A stretch of DNA of 64,000 bases, from positions 1 to 64,000 of the IMG/VR virus record IMGVR_UViG_3300021368_000004; one strand, written 5' to 3'. Below are positions 1-10,157 of this stretch, piece after piece (within the stretch, counting starts at the first letter, position 1; each line of letters begins with the position of its first letter). Origin of the DNA: a virus. The position numbers were made by a program, and so were the translations under genes. Below the pieces are notes generated by a model. It made no database searches, was not told the DNA's origin, and worked only from the letters and a program-made list of their open reading frames with translations.

Positions 1-798
1 GTCCATAGAGGCATTACCACTAGAACCGCTTATTGCCCACATCTCATTACCTGATACGGTCATACGAATAAGATCAGAATTATCAGAGGTTTGTACATGT
101 AGAGGTGCAGTTGGTGTATTAATACCGATACCTACTTTACCATCGTTTAATATTGTAACTTTTTGATTCCAAGAAATATTGTTACCAGCTGTATCAGACC
201 CCGCTGTATAGAAACGAAATCCGCCACTAGATTGTGTAAACAAAGTAGCAAAATTAGTAGTTATATATTTCCAAGCACTATCAAAAGTAGCATTCGATGC
301 AATGTTTGCTTGGTGAGTAGTCCAATTTAAAGTTGATGCACCCTTTAGTGTTAAATTACCATTATCACTTGACGCAGGAGGTGCGCCATCTAATGAAACA
401 TTTTCGTTAGTATCAATATGAATAGTTGTTGCATCAGCATTGTCATCAATACCTTTTGATGTAAAGGCACCACCAAAAGTTACATCTCCAGTAAATGTAC
501 CGCCTGTTGTTGGCATAACTCCTGAATATGCTACATCTTCGAATGCAAGAATATTTACTTCTGCACCTACTGTTGCTCCAGATGCAAGAACAACTGAAGT
601 ACCATTAGTTGCAGTATATTCAGATACACTTTCTAAAATTATACCGTTATATGTTACGATAATTGAGTTAGGATCATATGCTAATGTTGCACCATTTCCA
701 TCAGCTCCAGTAAATGTAGTTTGATTGGCCGTGGCAGTATATTTAAATACTGTCATCTTATTATTAACGGCTCTTGCTAAATCTCTTGCTCTAGTCAT
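1..798 (-). CDS. Tail fibre / receptor-binding protein, N-terminal part (runs off the left edge)
   Basis: Not in the ORF track. Read manually from ATG at 798: MTRARDLARAVNNKMTVFKYTATANQTTFTGADGNG...YTATNGTSVVL...GKVGIGINTPTAPLHV, open to position 1. GIGxxxP fibre motif; YTATNGT module shared with 6588..7427 and 11930..15388. Confidence 0.8.
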   Translation of the reverse strand, partial: MTRARDLARAVNNKMTVFKYTATANQTTFTGADGNGATLAYDPNSIIVTYNGIILESVSEYTATNGTSVVLASGATVGAEVNILAFEDVAYSGVMPTTGGTFTGDVTFGGAFTSKGIDDNADATTIHIDTNENVSLDGAPPASSDNGNLTLKGASTLNWTTHQANIASNATFDSAWKYITTNFATLFTQSSGGFRFYTAGSDTAGNNISWNQKVTILNDGKVGIGINTPTAPLHVQTSDNSDLIRMTVSGNEMWAISGSSGNASMD

Positions 799-806
799 CC
801 CTTATC

Positions 807-1178
807 CTAACTTGGCTTAGTAGGCCATACCACATCTGCTGTTGATGATGCAGTAGTAATATCTCTTAAAGCCTGTCTATAAGTTGCCCAAGGGTCTTTT
901 ATACTTGATGGTACATCAGCTCCTTGTGTCCAATCAGACTCAACAAGTAATCTGTTTCTATGCTTTCTCATTTGCGCCCAAGTTTCTAGTTCTTTGTTTT
1001 CGGTTATCATAGCATTAGTGATTACATCACTACCTATTATTTGCTGCACAGTTTTTCCAAAATCTTCATGATCTTCTGGCACTGGTACTTGCAATGATGG
1101 ATCATAATCATATATGACACCATCAATAACTATGGGGTGAGAAGACCAAGTTGGACTGTATTCAAAAACGTCTGACAT
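807..1178 (-). CDS. Tail fibre assembly chaperone
   Basis: C-terminal RNRLLVESDWTQ..D.P...W..YRQALRDI...WPTKPS motif typical of phage tail assembly chaperones. Confidence 0.8.
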   Translation of the reverse strand: MSDVFEYSPTWSSHPIVIDGVIYDYDPSLQVPVPEDHEDFGKTVQQIIGSDVITNAMITENKELETWAQMRKHRNRLLVESDWTQGADVPSSIKDPWATYRQALRDITTASSTADVVWPTKPS

Positions 1179-1187
1179 TTTTAATCC

Positions 1188-2333
1188 TTAAAATAATGCA
1201 AATGAATTTGCTCCACTCATATTATTCACATTAGTATAATATTCACTATGTGCAACATAAGCAGTAACATAAAATTGAGTATAAGCTGGTACATATATTT
1301 GAACATCTACATAATTAGCAACAGCATCTCCGGGCGAAGACGAACCTCCGCTATTATCTAAAGAAAGCCTACCAGAACTGCTATTGATGTTTCCAGTGTG
1401 TCCTAATGAATAATTTGGGTTATAGCTAGCGTCGTTTCTACCGTAACCTGTTAACCAAAATGTGTTATCTTCTGTAGTAACATAGTATGTTTGTCGAACA
1501 TCAAAACGTACACTACCAGATCCCCAATAATGTCTTTTAAATCTCAAAACATCTTGAGTAGATGCACTTGATCCTGTACTAAACCTTTTTCGACATTGAT
1601 ACTCGTAAGTACCGCCTGTTAAATCATAAGCATTTACCGTCCAACCGTTTACGTTTTGATAGTATATATGATCTCTGTCACTTGTAATTCTAGATGCAAT
1701 AACAGGCCCACTTCCTGGTCCTATACCAGCGTGTTTAGTATAAAAATCTAATCTACCAGGAGCACTACTACCACTATGAGCTCCGTCTGCTACGCCTTCA
1801 ATTTTAGCATCTGCGGCAGCATTTGTATTACCACTAGCATATCCTTTAAATCCTATTGCACCCATTTTTTGGCCGCTTGTAGCCGTGCCAGTATCATATG
1901 TTGCTTGAAGTATACCCCCACCGTTGCCAACAATTGCAACTACTTTATCAACAGGAGCACCTGTTCCAATACCTACACCATTATCTGATACTCTCATACG
2001 TTCATCACTACCGGTTGCAAACCTTATGTCTTCTGCCCTAAAACCCATTGGCTTTAATGCACTTCCTGCTGTGTTTTGTGATTGAAAAGCTAAATTTCCA
2101 CTACCTACTTCACCTATTTCATCGCTAATTGATAACATAGCGTCAGCACTATTTGTAAGTTTTAGATCCCCAACAACATCTAATGCAACCGCAGGAGTAT
2201 CAGTACCAATACCAACATTATTTGTTGCTGCATCTACTTTTAGTGTATTAGTATCAACTGTTAAATTATTTGATAGAATAAGATTTCCATCAGAATCAGA
2301 ATGTAATCTAGCTAAATCTCTTGTTAATGACAT
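1188..2333 (-). CDS. Tail fibre / receptor-binding protein
   Basis: Repeated NVGIGTxxP and ERMRV fibre motifs; N-terminus MSLTRDLA. Confidence 0.75.
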   Translation of the reverse strand: MSLTRDLARLHSDSDGNLILSNNLTVDTNTLKVDAATNNVGIGTDTPAVALDVVGDLKLTNSADAMLSISDEIGEVGSGNLAFQSQNTAGSALKPMGFRAEDIRFATGSDERMRVSDNGVGIGTGAPVDKVVAIVGNGGGILQATYDTGTATSGQKMGAIGFKGYASGNTNAAADAKIEGVADGAHSGSSAPGRLDFYTKHAGIGPGSGPVIASRITSDRDHIYYQNVNGWTVNAYDLTGGTYEYQCRKRFSTGSSASTQDVLRFKRHYWGSGSVRFDVRQTYYVTTEDNTFWLTGYGRNDASYNPNYSLGHTGNINSSSGRLSLDNSGGSSSPGDAVANYVDVQIYVPAYTQFYVTAYVAHSEYYTNVNNMSGANSFALF

Positions 2334-3434
2334 TTAAAACTCCGCATCTGCTTTCCACATCCACGCATCTCCGTTAGTGTTTAAGTGAGTTGCTGTACCT
2401 GCTGTCAAAGACTGCGTGGTAAGATAAAACTCACCACTATTTTCACTAAGTTGACTTATACCAATTGCTGTTAAAGTTCTAGAAGCATTAGTATTGTATA
2501 TATTATAATTAGGTAAAGATTGAACAGTAATTGTAGGAGAAGTTCTCATTGGCTTCCACCATCTCATATTAGAGTATGCGTTTGTTGTTGTATATTGATT
2601 AAAACATATTCCATATGTTCTACCTGAACCCTGAGATGAACGCTGATAATAACGTTGACATTTTTCTAATGTGATATCATAATTTTCATGTTCGAATTCA
2701 GTCGCTGTATCTCCTAATTCTAACTGAACACCAGTGACCTGCCATGTCGCACCGTTAGTTCCAGCAAAGTTTACTTGGCTAGTGCCAGCCATTTTGAAAC
2801 TTGCATCCCAAGCATTAAGAGTACTAGTTTGAAAATTTGTACCTGTTCCTAATGACCAACCTATATACATGCCAACGCCAGTTGTTTTATCCCAAGTTCC
2901 ACCCTGATCTCCAGGAATTGTAACAGTTTTCTTTTCCCATGTATTAGCTGCAGATATTGTGTAAGTACTGACAAATGAGCGATTAGCCGCACTATTGAAT
3001 ATAAAAGTAGAAAACGTACCAGTCAGACTTGATTTTACATAAAATGAAAATGTTACCGTTTGAGCAAAACCCCAACCATAGTTTAAATGACTAATATTAT
3101 AACCTTCAATAGGTTGTATAAATCTTTGATATTGAGTAGTACCTAAAGACGTATCTGTTCCAGTTACCGTTAGCTTAGCAGATCTATGGAAACCTTGAGG
3201 TGCGTCAGAAACGTGTTGACTAGTAAAAGTTGCGTCGCTATAGTCTTGTATCTTAAAACGGTCTACAACATAGTGGTCAGAAGGAGCAACCGTAACTTGA
3301 GCTTGTAAATGTCTTTGCGAAACTTGCATAGCACCATTGATAATCAGATTTCTATTACCAGCCGCTCCTGTAACAGGAGTAGCGAATCCACCAGCTGGTG
3401 GAAGATTATCTGCTAAATTTCGAGCGTTGCCCAT
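2334..3434 (-). CDS. Tail fibre protein with carbohydrate-binding-like domain
   Basis: NRNLIINGAMQVSQR...DRF...GVQLELG..AT.FEH...L.KCQRYY module; paralogue of 10158..11450. Confidence 0.75.
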   Translation of the reverse strand: MGNARNLADNLPPAGGFATPVTGAAGNRNLIINGAMQVSQRHLQAQVTVAPSDHYVVDRFKIQDYSDATFTSQHVSDAPQGFHRSAKLTVTGTDTSLGTTQYQRFIQPIEGYNISHLNYGWGFAQTVTFSFYVKSSLTGTFSTFIFNSAANRSFVSTYTISAANTWEKKTVTIPGDQGGTWDKTTGVGMYIGWSLGTGTNFQTSTLNAWDASFKMAGTSQVNFAGTNGATWQVTGVQLELGDTATEFEHENYDITLEKCQRYYQRSSQGSGRTYGICFNQYTTTNAYSNMRWWKPMRTSPTITVQSLPNYNIYNTNASRTLTAIGISQLSENSGEFYLTTQSLTAGTATHLNTNGDAWMWKADAEF

Positions 3435-3446
3435 TTTTAATTCCAG

Positions 3447-3626
3447 TTATTCTGCTGTTGCTATTGTAAGATTACCATCATTTACTTGTTTCATAATTTC
3501 ATCATAATGTCTATTTCCAGCAACTAATGGTACATGAGATTCTTCACCATCAATAGTAGCTTTAATGCACACATTTTCATTAGAATCCATCAATGACCTC
3601 ACGTATTGTGCTTCAGTTATATTCAT
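3447..3626 (-). CDS. Small tail-associated protein (59 aa)
   Basis: Below the track cutoff. MNITEAQYVRSLMDSNENVCIKATIDGEESHVPLVAGNRHYDEIMKQVNDGNLTIATAE; AGGAG RBS and TATAAATA upstream. Confidence 0.75.
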   Translation of the reverse strand: MNITEAQYVRSLMDSNENVCIKATIDGEESHVPLVAGNRHYDEIMKQVNDGNLTIATAE

Positions 3627-3648
3627 TACTTTCTCCTAGTTTTTTATA

Positions 3649-3656
3649 TATTTATA
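3649..3656 (-). promoter_or_regulatory. T4-type late promoter TATAAATA
   Basis: Exact consensus, intergenic, about 22 nt upstream of ATG 3626. Confidence 0.7.
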
Positions 3657-3658
3657 TC

Positions 3659-3946
3659 CTAGCTAGGCTTAGTAGGATATTGAATGCTTTGTCTTGTCAC
3701 ACCATGCTTTTGTTCATAGCTCATTGAATCATATAACGTTTCATAAGATGCAGGAAAATCTCTTAGTTGTTGTCTATATGTAAGTAAAGATGCTTTACTA
3801 TCGCTATCTATTGTAACATCTGGCAAGTGTATATAATCAGTATCAGATATAAGTTTATCTCTACCTTCTCGGCACCATGCCATGCAAACATCTTTCCATT
3901 GCTGATCTAATTCTTCTGCTGATAATGGATTTTGATCAGAGTCCAT
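3659..3946 (-). CDS. Tail fibre assembly chaperone (second paralogue)
   Basis: R..LISDTDY..LPD...YRQQLRDFP...YPTKPS. Confidence 0.75.
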   Translation of the reverse strand: MDSDQNPLSAEELDQQWKDVCMAWCREGRDKLISDTDYIHLPDVTIDSDSKASLLTYRQQLRDFPASYETLYDSMSYEQKHGVTRQSIQYPTKPS

Positions 3947-3947
3947 A

Positions 3948-4358
3948 TTACCATCCTTGTGTACTTAATTTAGTAGCATATACTTTTGTAGTATGTGAAC
4001 TACTACCGCCACTATGCCATAATTGTAATGCATGGGTATAATTATTACCACCAAATCTTTTAGTTCTCGCATATACGACATGAGCATTAGGTGCATGACC
4101 CATACTATTTAAATAAATATCACTCGCATCATTACTATTTGTGCTACCATTATACCATTGCATAATGCCTGACCATTGTTCTGAATAATAAGGAGATCCA
4201 GTTATTTGAATCGTAATTAGATATGGCCCAGTTTCTAATAAGTTACCAGTTGCTGCATATACGCTTTGAGCAGAGTTTGTCCAAGAAAAACTACCGTTGT
4301 ATAGTTCTATTCCATGACCGCGCATACCATCTCGATATAAATGTACACTACCCGCCAT
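3948..4358 (-). CDS. Small fibre-tip / adhesin-like protein
   Basis: G/S/N/Y/W-rich beta-type sequence within the fibre cluster, overlapping the upstream gene. Confidence 0.5.
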   Translation of the reverse strand: MAGSVHLYRDGMRGHGIELYNGSFSWTNSAQSVYAATGNLLETGPYLITIQITGSPYYSEQWSGIMQWYNGSTNSNDASDIYLNSMGHAPNAHVVYARTKRFGGNNYTHALQLWHSGGSSSHTTKVYATKLSTQGW

Positions 4359-5220
4359 TAGTATTCTCCATATTTTCTATTTTTTCTTTAAGTTCTTTTA
4401 TTTCTTTAAGGGCATCTTGTAGCGCAGCTACAATGACCGGTGTAATTCTACCATAATCCATATTCATCATTTCATCATCATTTTCTGGTTTACTTACACT
4501 CTCAGGTATGATATCAATCATCTCTTGTGCTATGAATCCATCAACAGCTGGCAGGGCTGTATTTGATTTCCATTTATGATTAATAGGATTCATATTCATT
4601 ATTTTATCAGTGGCATTTTCAATTGGTTTAATATCAGTCTTTAATCTTTCATCAGAAGTAGTACCATAAATAGTTCCACTGCCATCGGTTGCTACATGGC
4701 CTACCTGACCATTTGAGTTGTGTATATACCAGTGTAAACTATTAGAGCTTGTTGCTCTTGATGTATAGAGTGTTCCAGCATCGCTCATGTAAGCACCGCT
4801 ATGTGAACCTGCATTTATGTTAGATGTACTAAAGCCACCACCATTCCAAACTGTGTTTCCAGAACCATCTATTACCATTCTAGTAGCCGCTGACCCAGAG
4901 TTGTTCCTAGTTTGAAAACCTAATCTATGTTCATTATTAGCACCAGTTCTTTGTCCGTATATAGTAACACCTTGATTACCGTTAGAACCTAAACTAATTC
5001 CAACACCTGTACTAAGAGTTGCACTATTATTTTTAAACGTATGATAAATGCCAAGATCTGCATCTTGATTAGTTGCCTCATTTCCACTTGCAGTAGAAAT
5101 AGTTCCATTAACAGTTATGTTACCTGTTATAGATGTATCTCTAGCAGATATATCACCATCAGAATCAATTGTATAATTATCTGATGTTATTTGTCCGTTG
5201 CCTTTAAGTGTTAATGCCAT
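4348..5220 (-). CDS. Tail fibre with C-terminal intramolecular chaperone (peptidase S74-like)
   Basis: TSDERLKTDI...GFIAQEM...MDYGRITPVIVAALQD followed by a coiled coil. Confidence 0.85.
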   Translation of the reverse strand: MALTLKGNGQITSDNYTIDSDGDISARDTSITGNITVNGTISTASGNEATNQDADLGIYHTFKNNSATLSTGVGISLGSNGNQGVTIYGQRTGANNEHRLGFQTRNNSGSAATRMVIDGSGNTVWNGGGFSTSNINAGSHSGAYMSDAGTLYTSRATSSNSLHWYIHNSNGQVGHVATDGSGTIYGTTSDERLKTDIKPIENATDKIMNMNPINHKWKSNTALPAVDGFIAQEMIDIIPESVSKPENDDEMMNMDYGRITPVIVAALQDALKEIKELKEKIENMENTNGG

Positions 5221-5229
5221 TCTTCTTAC

Positions 5230-6018
5230 CTAACCTAGTAAAAATGCTTGTAAATTTGTATGAGGATAACCACCGTAAATATCTGAATTTACTCGATATT
5301 CAATATAGTCACTTGCAGCCATATCAACTATATCAGCAGTTACTATAACGTGGTCAGTGTTTGAACCATTACCAAGATTAGCATAATCAGAATGATACTC
5401 CGCAATAGGATTTCCATTTTTTCTAGTTATGACATTTTGATTTGTAGCATTATCTATCCACTGATAAAACTTACCTAAAAAGATATATTTTCCTGCAACA
5501 GGAACAGTTATTCTTCCAGTTGAACTATTCCAAGTCATACCTCCAGTAGACGCTTGCAAACCAAAATGTGTCCATACCACGGGTGTTCCATGATTAGTTA
5601 TCCTAGAAGGCTGATTACCATGCAATTCTATAAAAGGCTGATTAGGCATTGTTACACGACCATCACCGCTTATATTCATACGAGTTACATCTTGTGTAGC
5701 TAATTTTATATTTTTATTACCACGTTGAGTTATATAAGTATCCGTTGCATCTTCACCTATTACAACACCATTATCACCCAATGACGTGCCAGGAGCGGCA
5801 ATAGATATGTAAGTTTGAGTTCCTGCTGATGCTTGAAAATCAGCTACATAACCAAAATTAGTTTGTGGATAGGCTTGTGTTATAGAGCTATTGCCGACTT
5901 GTAATCGGGTATCAGCCTTTAGTGTTCCGGTTGTCCTTGTACTACCATCACTATCCATCACCATATTATTAGTAGATGAATTTTCGTGCTTTATATTTTC
6001 TAATTTTAAAGTACTCAT
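5230..6018 (-). CDS. Fibre protein with C1q-like C-terminal domain
   Basis: RMNISGDGRVTMPNQP..WNSSTGRITVPVAGKYIF...DMAASDYIE...FLLG. Confidence 0.7.
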   Translation of the reverse strand: MSTLKLENIKHENSSTNNMVMDSDGSTRTTGTLKADTRLQVGNSSITQAYPQTNFGYVADFQASAGTQTYISIAAPGTSLGDNGVVIGEDATDTYITQRGNKNIKLATQDVTRMNISGDGRVTMPNQPFIELHGNQPSRITNHGTPVVWTHFGLQASTGGMTWNSSTGRITVPVAGKYIFLGKFYQWIDNATNQNVITRKNGNPIAEYHSDYANLGNGSNTDHVIVTADIVDMAASDYIEYRVNSDIYGGYPHTNLQAFLLG

Positions 6019-6587
6019 ACAGCTATCTCCTGTAATGTAATAGTAGATAAACTATCTCCATTGAGAAGATTATAATTGTTTATCCCAATTGTCGCTGCGT
6101 CAGAGCTTCTCCAATAAAGAGTATATGTTGTCGCACTAGTTGTAGCCGGTGAATCTTCATGTTGATAAACATTACTGTGTATGCCATAATTTATTTCATC
6201 GTTAGCTGTATTATAACCAACGCTTGTGTCTAAAACAGCAATACTACTTGAACCTCTATATAGACTTAAAGGTATAAACTGCGCGCTATTGTTTTTAAAC
6301 AAACCATTTACAATTAAAGTAATTAATATTTTACTATTAGAAAATTTAGGTGTTATACTAGCTGTTAAACCAGTTGCAGCAAATGAAGAAGAAGACATAG
6401 TAGTATACGTTCTATATTCAGCTCTTATCGTTTGAATGAAATGACCTGGAATATGCGTAGAATTACCTGTTACAGATAAATTACCAGTTGTTGATAGGTT
6501 ACCTGTTACAGATAGATCACTACCTGTTGCGTTGGTTTCTAAATCAATGTATCCACTCGTATCGCCTTTTATTCTTATCTTAGACAT
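6015..6587 (-). CDS. Short fibre/adhesin protein (TPKFSNSKIL...EIA family)
   Basis: Paralogue of 8202, 8675 and 9606 ORFs; DSPATTSATTY motif. Confidence 0.65.
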   Translation of the reverse strand: MSKIRIKGDTSGYIDLETNATGSDLSVTGNLSTTGNLSVTGNSTHIPGHFIQTIRAEYRTYTTMSSSSFAATGLTASITPKFSNSKILITLIVNGLFKNNSAQFIPLSLYRGSSSIAVLDTSVGYNTANDEINYGIHSNVYQHEDSPATTSATTYTLYWRSSDAATIGINNYNLLNGDSLSTITLQEIAV

Positions 6588-7427
6588 TTATACTATTACC
6601 CATCTTGTTCCGGCTTGCAATGTTATTGTTTTGCCTGTATTTATAGTAACTGGCCCTGCTGCCATTGCGCTATTACCTGCTGAAAGCGTAAAATCTTCTG
6701 TTACAGTCTGACTATTAATATGAAATGGTTGTGAAGCTGTAATAGTTTTTGCTGTGATATTACCGGTAAATGTACCACCATTCGTAGCTGATACGGTATC
6801 TGCAACAGTAAGTGTATTATATGTTCGTATGAGAACTTCGTCGCCTGAATCAAATGGAACAGTAAAATTTATTTTATCTGCAGAAGGAATTGTATAATCA
6901 ACAGTAGGTCGCATTGTAAGACCATTTATTGTAACTATAGTACCTAGAGCATTTACGTTTAGTATATTACCATTGTTATCACTATCTTGTATAACACTTG
7001 GTGTGCCTGTTATATTATATTTAAAATCTTGTTCAACCGCTTGACCGAATGCGACATTACCAGTATTAAATGCTGATACAACAATTGCATCACCTGAGTC
7101 AGCAGCTTCTGTAAGAGTGATTGTACTACCATTTGTTGCTGTATAATCTACGCCCGAAACTTGAATAACACCATTGATTTGTACAAGAATATTACCTGCT
7201 GTATAACTCAATATAGATGAGTTATTATCAGCACCTGTGAAAGCTGATTGTCCAGAATCTGCTGTGTAAATGAATGTATTAGATAATAGTGGGCCAACAG
7301 CAGAATCAACTATTCCAAGAATAGCTGCACTGTCGACACTAGATAAAGTCTCGATATTGACAGAAGCACTATCAATAGTAGCTTTTCTACCAAGTTGTCC
7401 TAGTTCTAATGCCTTAGTTGTTGCCAT
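6588..7427 (-). CDS. Virion fibre/adaptor protein
   Basis: Two V.ING...DYT...I....DSGD modules; C-terminal AGPVTI...W.IV. Confidence 0.65.
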   Translation of the reverse strand: MATTKALELGQLGRKATIDSASVNIETLSSVDSAAILGIVDSAVGPLLSNTFIYTADSGQSAFTGADNNSSILSYTAGNILVQINGVIQVSGVDYTATNGSTITLTEAADSGDAIVVSAFNTGNVAFGQAVEQDFKYNITGTPSVIQDSDNNGNILNVNALGTIVTINGLTMRPTVDYTIPSADKINFTVPFDSGDEVLIRTYNTLTVADTVSATNGGTFTGNITAKTITASQPFHINSQTVTEDFTLSAGNSAMAAGPVTINTGKTITLQAGTRWVIV

Positions 7428-7431
7428 CTTT

Positions 7432-8205
7432 CTATCCTAATAAGTATCCGTAAAACTGTGTCCACATAGAGCTATCCCAGTACAAATAAGGTCCGGAGCT
7501 AAAAGTTATAGCGTCATTAGTAGCACATTCTATTATTATACATCCTTGAATTTGATGCCATGAAGAGTTAGGTTCGTCAGAATTATAATAAATTGCCATT
7601 CTACTACCATTTTTCATTATTTGAGCATAAGCAGAGCCAGCCTGACTGCTACCAACATCTCTTACATTCCCATGAATACCAAAAAACCATGTGCCTGAAG
7701 TTGGAACTGTATAAGTTCCGTTACTACTATTATAACCGTTTCCTACGTTATGTTGTACATTAGGTAAAACTACTGTTGTAGGACTAGAACTAGTTGCATA
7801 TCCACTAGTAGATCCTGCTCTAAATGATGGCTGATTAAACTTTCTTATATAGCCATTTTCATTTATTCGCATTTGCTCTGTATATGATCCAGAAGCATTA
7901 TCTGTATAAAACTCAAGTTGACCACCATGACTTGTATCTACTTGTTTAAATCTTAGACCAGCACCATAACTTTGATCAGATGCTGAATATGCCCATTTTA
8001 TATCACTATAAGTCCCAGCAACATTATGACCGTTAGTAAGTAATATACCTTCGCCAGCAGCTACACTTTCATGAACATGAATTTTTTTAGCTGGAGTAGT
8101 TGTACCTATACCTACTCTATTATCAGTTTCATCGGCATGTAGAGTATTAGTATCTACTGTTAATTTATTTGCCGCTGATAAATCTTTTACTCTGGTTAAA
8201 CTCAT
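7432..8205 (-). CDS. Fibre protein with C1q-like domain (start revised to 8205)
   Basis: ATG at 8205 overlaps the upstream TGA and has a GGAG RBS; VGIGTTTP; QPSFRA...NVGNGYNSSNGTYTVPTSGTWFF. Confidence 0.75.
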   Translation of the reverse strand: MSLTRVKDLSAANKLTVDTNTLHADETDNRVGIGTTTPAKKIHVHESVAAGEGILLTNGHNVAGTYSDIKWAYSASDQSYGAGLRFKQVDTSHGGQLEFYTDNASGSYTEQMRINENGYIRKFNQPSFRAGSTSGYATSSSPTTVVLPNVQHNVGNGYNSSNGTYTVPTSGTWFFGIHGNVRDVGSSQAGSAYAQIMKNGSRMAIYYNSDEPNSSWHQIQGCIIIECATNDAITFSSGPYLYWDSSMWTQFYGYLLG

Positions 8206-8678
8206 TGCGCTATCTCCATAACTGTCATACTTGTAGTAGCGCCCTGATATGACACAACCCAATTAGAACCAGTTGAACCCACATAACAATTCAAAGCTAT
8301 AGCTTTAGTGCCGCTCCAAGCTGCTATTTTTCCTTCAATGGTAAGTGTATATCTATGGTCATTAAATGTTTCTGGATAACCAAAAGTACCATTTATGTTT
8401 CCTTGTTGAACACCATCTAAAAAAATTCGTGCGTTCATCCAAGTAGAAACGCCAGCACCAGTAGTCTTTCTTACATTAAAAAGACTAGAAGAAATATGAA
8501 GTAAACTATTGCTAAATTTTGGTGTAAAGTTTATTGTCAAAATGGTTGCACTTGCATTAGCAGATATAGTAGTAGCCGTGTTAGTTTCAGTTTGTGCATA
8601 CTGAATAACATGACCAGGAACATGAACACCATTATTAAGTGTCTTTTCTCTAAGATTATCAACATACATAGTACTCAT
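8202..8678 (-). CDS. Short fibre/adhesin protein (...MEIAQ family)
   Basis: HVPGHVIQ...FTPKFSNS...TVMEIAQ. Confidence 0.65.
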   Translation of the reverse strand: MSTMYVDNLREKTLNNGVHVPGHVIQYAQTETNTATTISANASATILTINFTPKFSNSLLHISSSLFNVRKTTGAGVSTWMNARIFLDGVQQGNINGTFGYPETFNDHRYTLTIEGKIAAWSGTKAIALNCYVGSTGSNWVVSYQGATTSMTVMEIAQ

Positions 8679-9145
8679 TGTGCTATCTCCATTAATATAA
8701 AATGGTTTTGAGTATTGTCGCCGTTAATATGGACACTATTACCATTACTAGATTTAAACTGCATTTTATATTCAGTAGCAGAAGTTGTACTAGGTTCATC
8801 GACATATACTATATGAACATTTTGATATCCATTAGCATTAGTATAATCTTGAGTTGATCCTTGATGATCACCTATTATAGTTCCCGCTCTATTGATAGCA
8901 AACATAGCAGAAGTATTAGATGATGCCTTATAAACTTCATACATATTTGCAATAACCATTATTTTACTAGAAGTTGATTTTGGAGTAATTGTCAAAGTCA
9001 TATCTGTATCAACTAAAGAAGTTGATGTTGTGCTTCTACCGTTATCTGTTCTCATTGATAATACTTGAATAACATGACCCGGAATATGTACAGTATTAGC
9101 TGTTGTCTTTCCTACTAAATTATCTACTGTTAATATTGAAGCCAT
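8675..9145 (-). CDS. Short fibre/adhesin protein (...MEIAQ family)
   Basis: HIPGHVIQ...ITPKSTSSKI...DEPSTTSATEY...LMEIAQ. Confidence 0.65.
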   Translation of the reverse strand: MASILTVDNLVGKTTANTVHIPGHVIQVLSMRTDNGRSTTSTSLVDTDMTLTITPKSTSSKIMVIANMYEVYKASSNTSAMFAINRAGTIIGDHQGSTQDYTNANGYQNVHIVYVDEPSTTSATEYKMQFKSSNGNSVHINGDNTQNHFILMEIAQ

Positions 9146-9609
9146 TATACCACCGTGAATGTTCCATTGACAACTATGCTAGCGTTGACAGTTATTGGTC
9201 CTGCAACCATAGCATTTTTATTTGCGTCTATTGTTAAATTTGCATCTATGCTGTTTGTATTTATACGCACAGGTGTACTTGTCAATCCTAGAGTAGGAGC
9301 AAGTTTTTCAGGTGATATAGAATTATCTGATACCGTAGCAACGGCGTGTGATTCACTAAGAACATTTATAAAATCTATAGTATCAGCTGAATCTAATGCT
9401 TCAGCAAATGTTATAGTAGATCCATTAACTGTATATGCTGAATTAGGATTTTGTACAACACCGTTAACGGAAACAATCATTGTCTCGGCTATAAGAGTAG
9501 TTTGATTAGCACCATTATATTGTAATGTATAAGAAGTAGAACCATCTGTAAAAATAGTATCTAATTTATATGCCTTTGCGAATTGTGGTGAATTACCTAA
9601 AGTGCTCAT
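9145..9609 (-). CDS. Virion fibre/adaptor protein (start revised to 9609)
   Basis: MSTLGNSP start overlaps the upstream TGA; VSVNGVVQNP..AYTVNGSTITF module; C-terminal AGPITV. Confidence 0.65.
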   Translation of the reverse strand: MSTLGNSPQFAKAYKLDTIFTDGSTSYTLQYNGANQTTLIAETMIVSVNGVVQNPNSAYTVNGSTITFAEALDSADTIDFINVLSESHAVATVSDNSISPEKLAPTLGLTSTPVRINTNSIDANLTIDANKNAMVAGPITVNASIVVNGTFTVV

Positions 9610-10154
9610 TGTGCTATCTCCATTAATGTAATTGTACATCCACCTGTATTATAAAAATTATAATTACCAGCCCAGGCTGAAGTAGTACCTCTATTAATAT
9701 AGTAAGTTGTAGTTTCACCGCCTTGAAAACCTAATATATATGTTGTCGCGTTAGTTGTGGCAGGACTATCTAAATAATGAAATGATAATGTAGCCACATT
9801 TTCATTGCCGGTTGTTGATGCAGTACCCGTACCACCACTTGCATGAGTGTTCCCAGAACGACCAGCATCGTTACCACCAATCCATGAACTGCCTCGTTTT
9901 AAATGCCAAGAATATTCATTCGCTGTGCCAAGGCCTGAAGCTGTACCATTACAATGTACAAGTATTTTACTACTAGAAAATTTAGGTGTGATAGTAGCTT
10001 GCGCTGTAGTCATAGGTGCAAATGAACTATTATTAAAAGCTGCTGTACTAGACGTATGATACTCTCCGAATGCAACCTGAAGAACACTTCCGGCAGGCAT
10101 TTCTGTACTTGTTAGTGCAGCTTGCATATTATTTGGTATTTTACTTAATGGCAT
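9606..10154 (-). CDS. Short fibre/adhesin protein (...MEIAQ family)
   Basis: PAGSVLQV...ITPKFSSSKIL...DSPATTNATTY...ITLMEIAQ. Confidence 0.65.
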   Translation of the reverse strand: MPLSKIPNNMQAALTSTEMPAGSVLQVAFGEYHTSSTAAFNNSSFAPMTTAQATITPKFSSSKILVHCNGTASGLGTANEYSWHLKRGSSWIGGNDAGRSGNTHASGGTGTASTTGNENVATLSFHYLDSPATTNATTYILGFQGGETTTYYINRGTTSAWAGNYNFYNTGGCTITLMEIAQ

Positions 10155-10157
10155 TTT

